Source: Podarcis melisellensis (taxonomy: Eukaryota). Taken from it: 64,000 nucleotides of DNA. Under the pieces are notes generated by a model, which had not been told where the DNA came from, searched no databases, and saw only the letters and a list, made by a program, of their open reading frames with translations. The stretch is from the NCBI GenBank assembly GCA_964234715.1, contig OZ174275.1; one strand, given 5' to 3'. Made by a program: the position numbers and the translations under genes. Positions 63,242 through 64,000 of the stretch are shown here, one piece after another; position 1 is the stretch's first letter; each line of letters begins with the position of its first letter.

Positions 63242-64000
63242 TTTTTTTTTTATAATTTTTTTTTATTGATTTTTCAAACACATAATAAAAGACAAACACA
63301 TTACAAAACAGAAACATACACAACATTAAACATATACTGACTTCCCCATACCTCCCTTTCACTGCATCCTTATTCCAAAGTTCTTTAGCAACCCTTTAAT
63401 CAGTTTATCTATTGTTTCCCTTTCATTAAATTTCTTTAAACTTAATAATTACAGCTGTATTTCTCTACTTCTTACCCCCTGACATCTCAACACTCCTCGA
63501 TTTTACAACAGTTTTTAAGATATAATTTAAACTTCTTCCAGTCCTCTTCCACTGTCTCTTTCCCCTGATCTCGGATTCTGCCGGTCATTTCTGCTAGTCC
63601 CATAAAGTCTGTCACCTTTGTCTGCCATTCTTCCAGAGTAGGTAGTTCTTGCATCTTCCAATACTTTGCCAGAAGAATTCTTGCTGCTGTGGTAGCGTAC
63701 ATAAAAAAGGTCCTGTCCTTCTTTGACACCAGTTGGCCAACCATGCCCAGGAGAAAAGCCTCAGGTTTCTTAGGAAAAGTCCATTTAAGGACCTTCTTAA
63801 TTTCATTATAGATCATTTCCCAGAAGGCTTTAATCTTTGGGCAGGTCCACCAAAGGTGGTAGAAGGTACCTTCCGTCTCATTACATTTATTATTGGGCAA
63901 ATGGTAAATTTTTGCAAGCTTGACTGGGGTCATGTACCACCTGTAAATCATTTTCATTATGTTCTCTTTTAAGGCATTACATGCCGTGAATTTAACACCA
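63242..64000 (-). mobile_element. L1-clade LINE 3' portion (ORF2 C-terminus, 3' UTR, poly-A), antisense in EAF2 intron 1
   Basis: Frame open from the window edge to the stop at 63487: KMIYRWYMTPVKL...GTFYHLWWTCPKIKAFW...AARILLAKYWK...PTLEEW; AATAAA plus A-rich tail at 63242-63267. Confidence 0.92.

Overview
Eukaryotic vertebrate DNA, almost certainly a squamate reptile and probably a lacertid lizard (inferred from Sauria SINEs, CR1/L2/L1 LINEs and abundant TA-target MITEs). The right third holds a complete minus-strand IQCB1 (NPHP5) gene that I assembled by hand: 13 GT-AG coding exons, 1782 nt, 593 aa, plus two likely 5' non-coding exons. It sits head-to-head with EAF2 exon 1 across a CpG island, and an antisense L1 3' end lies in EAF2 intron 1. 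A second CpG island at ~38.4-39.5 kb looks like the promoter and non-coding first exon of a minus-strand gene I cannot name. It is followed by a ~33 kb TE-rich intron and a candidate second exon (5291-5878) with stacked uORFs and an 89-codon ORF ending at a phase-1 donor. This unidentified gene is the most interesting item. I found no prokaryote-type system (CRISPR, operon, phage), and most ORF-track entries are spurious. Comparisons with human genes and TE consensus sequences are from memory, not from database searches.
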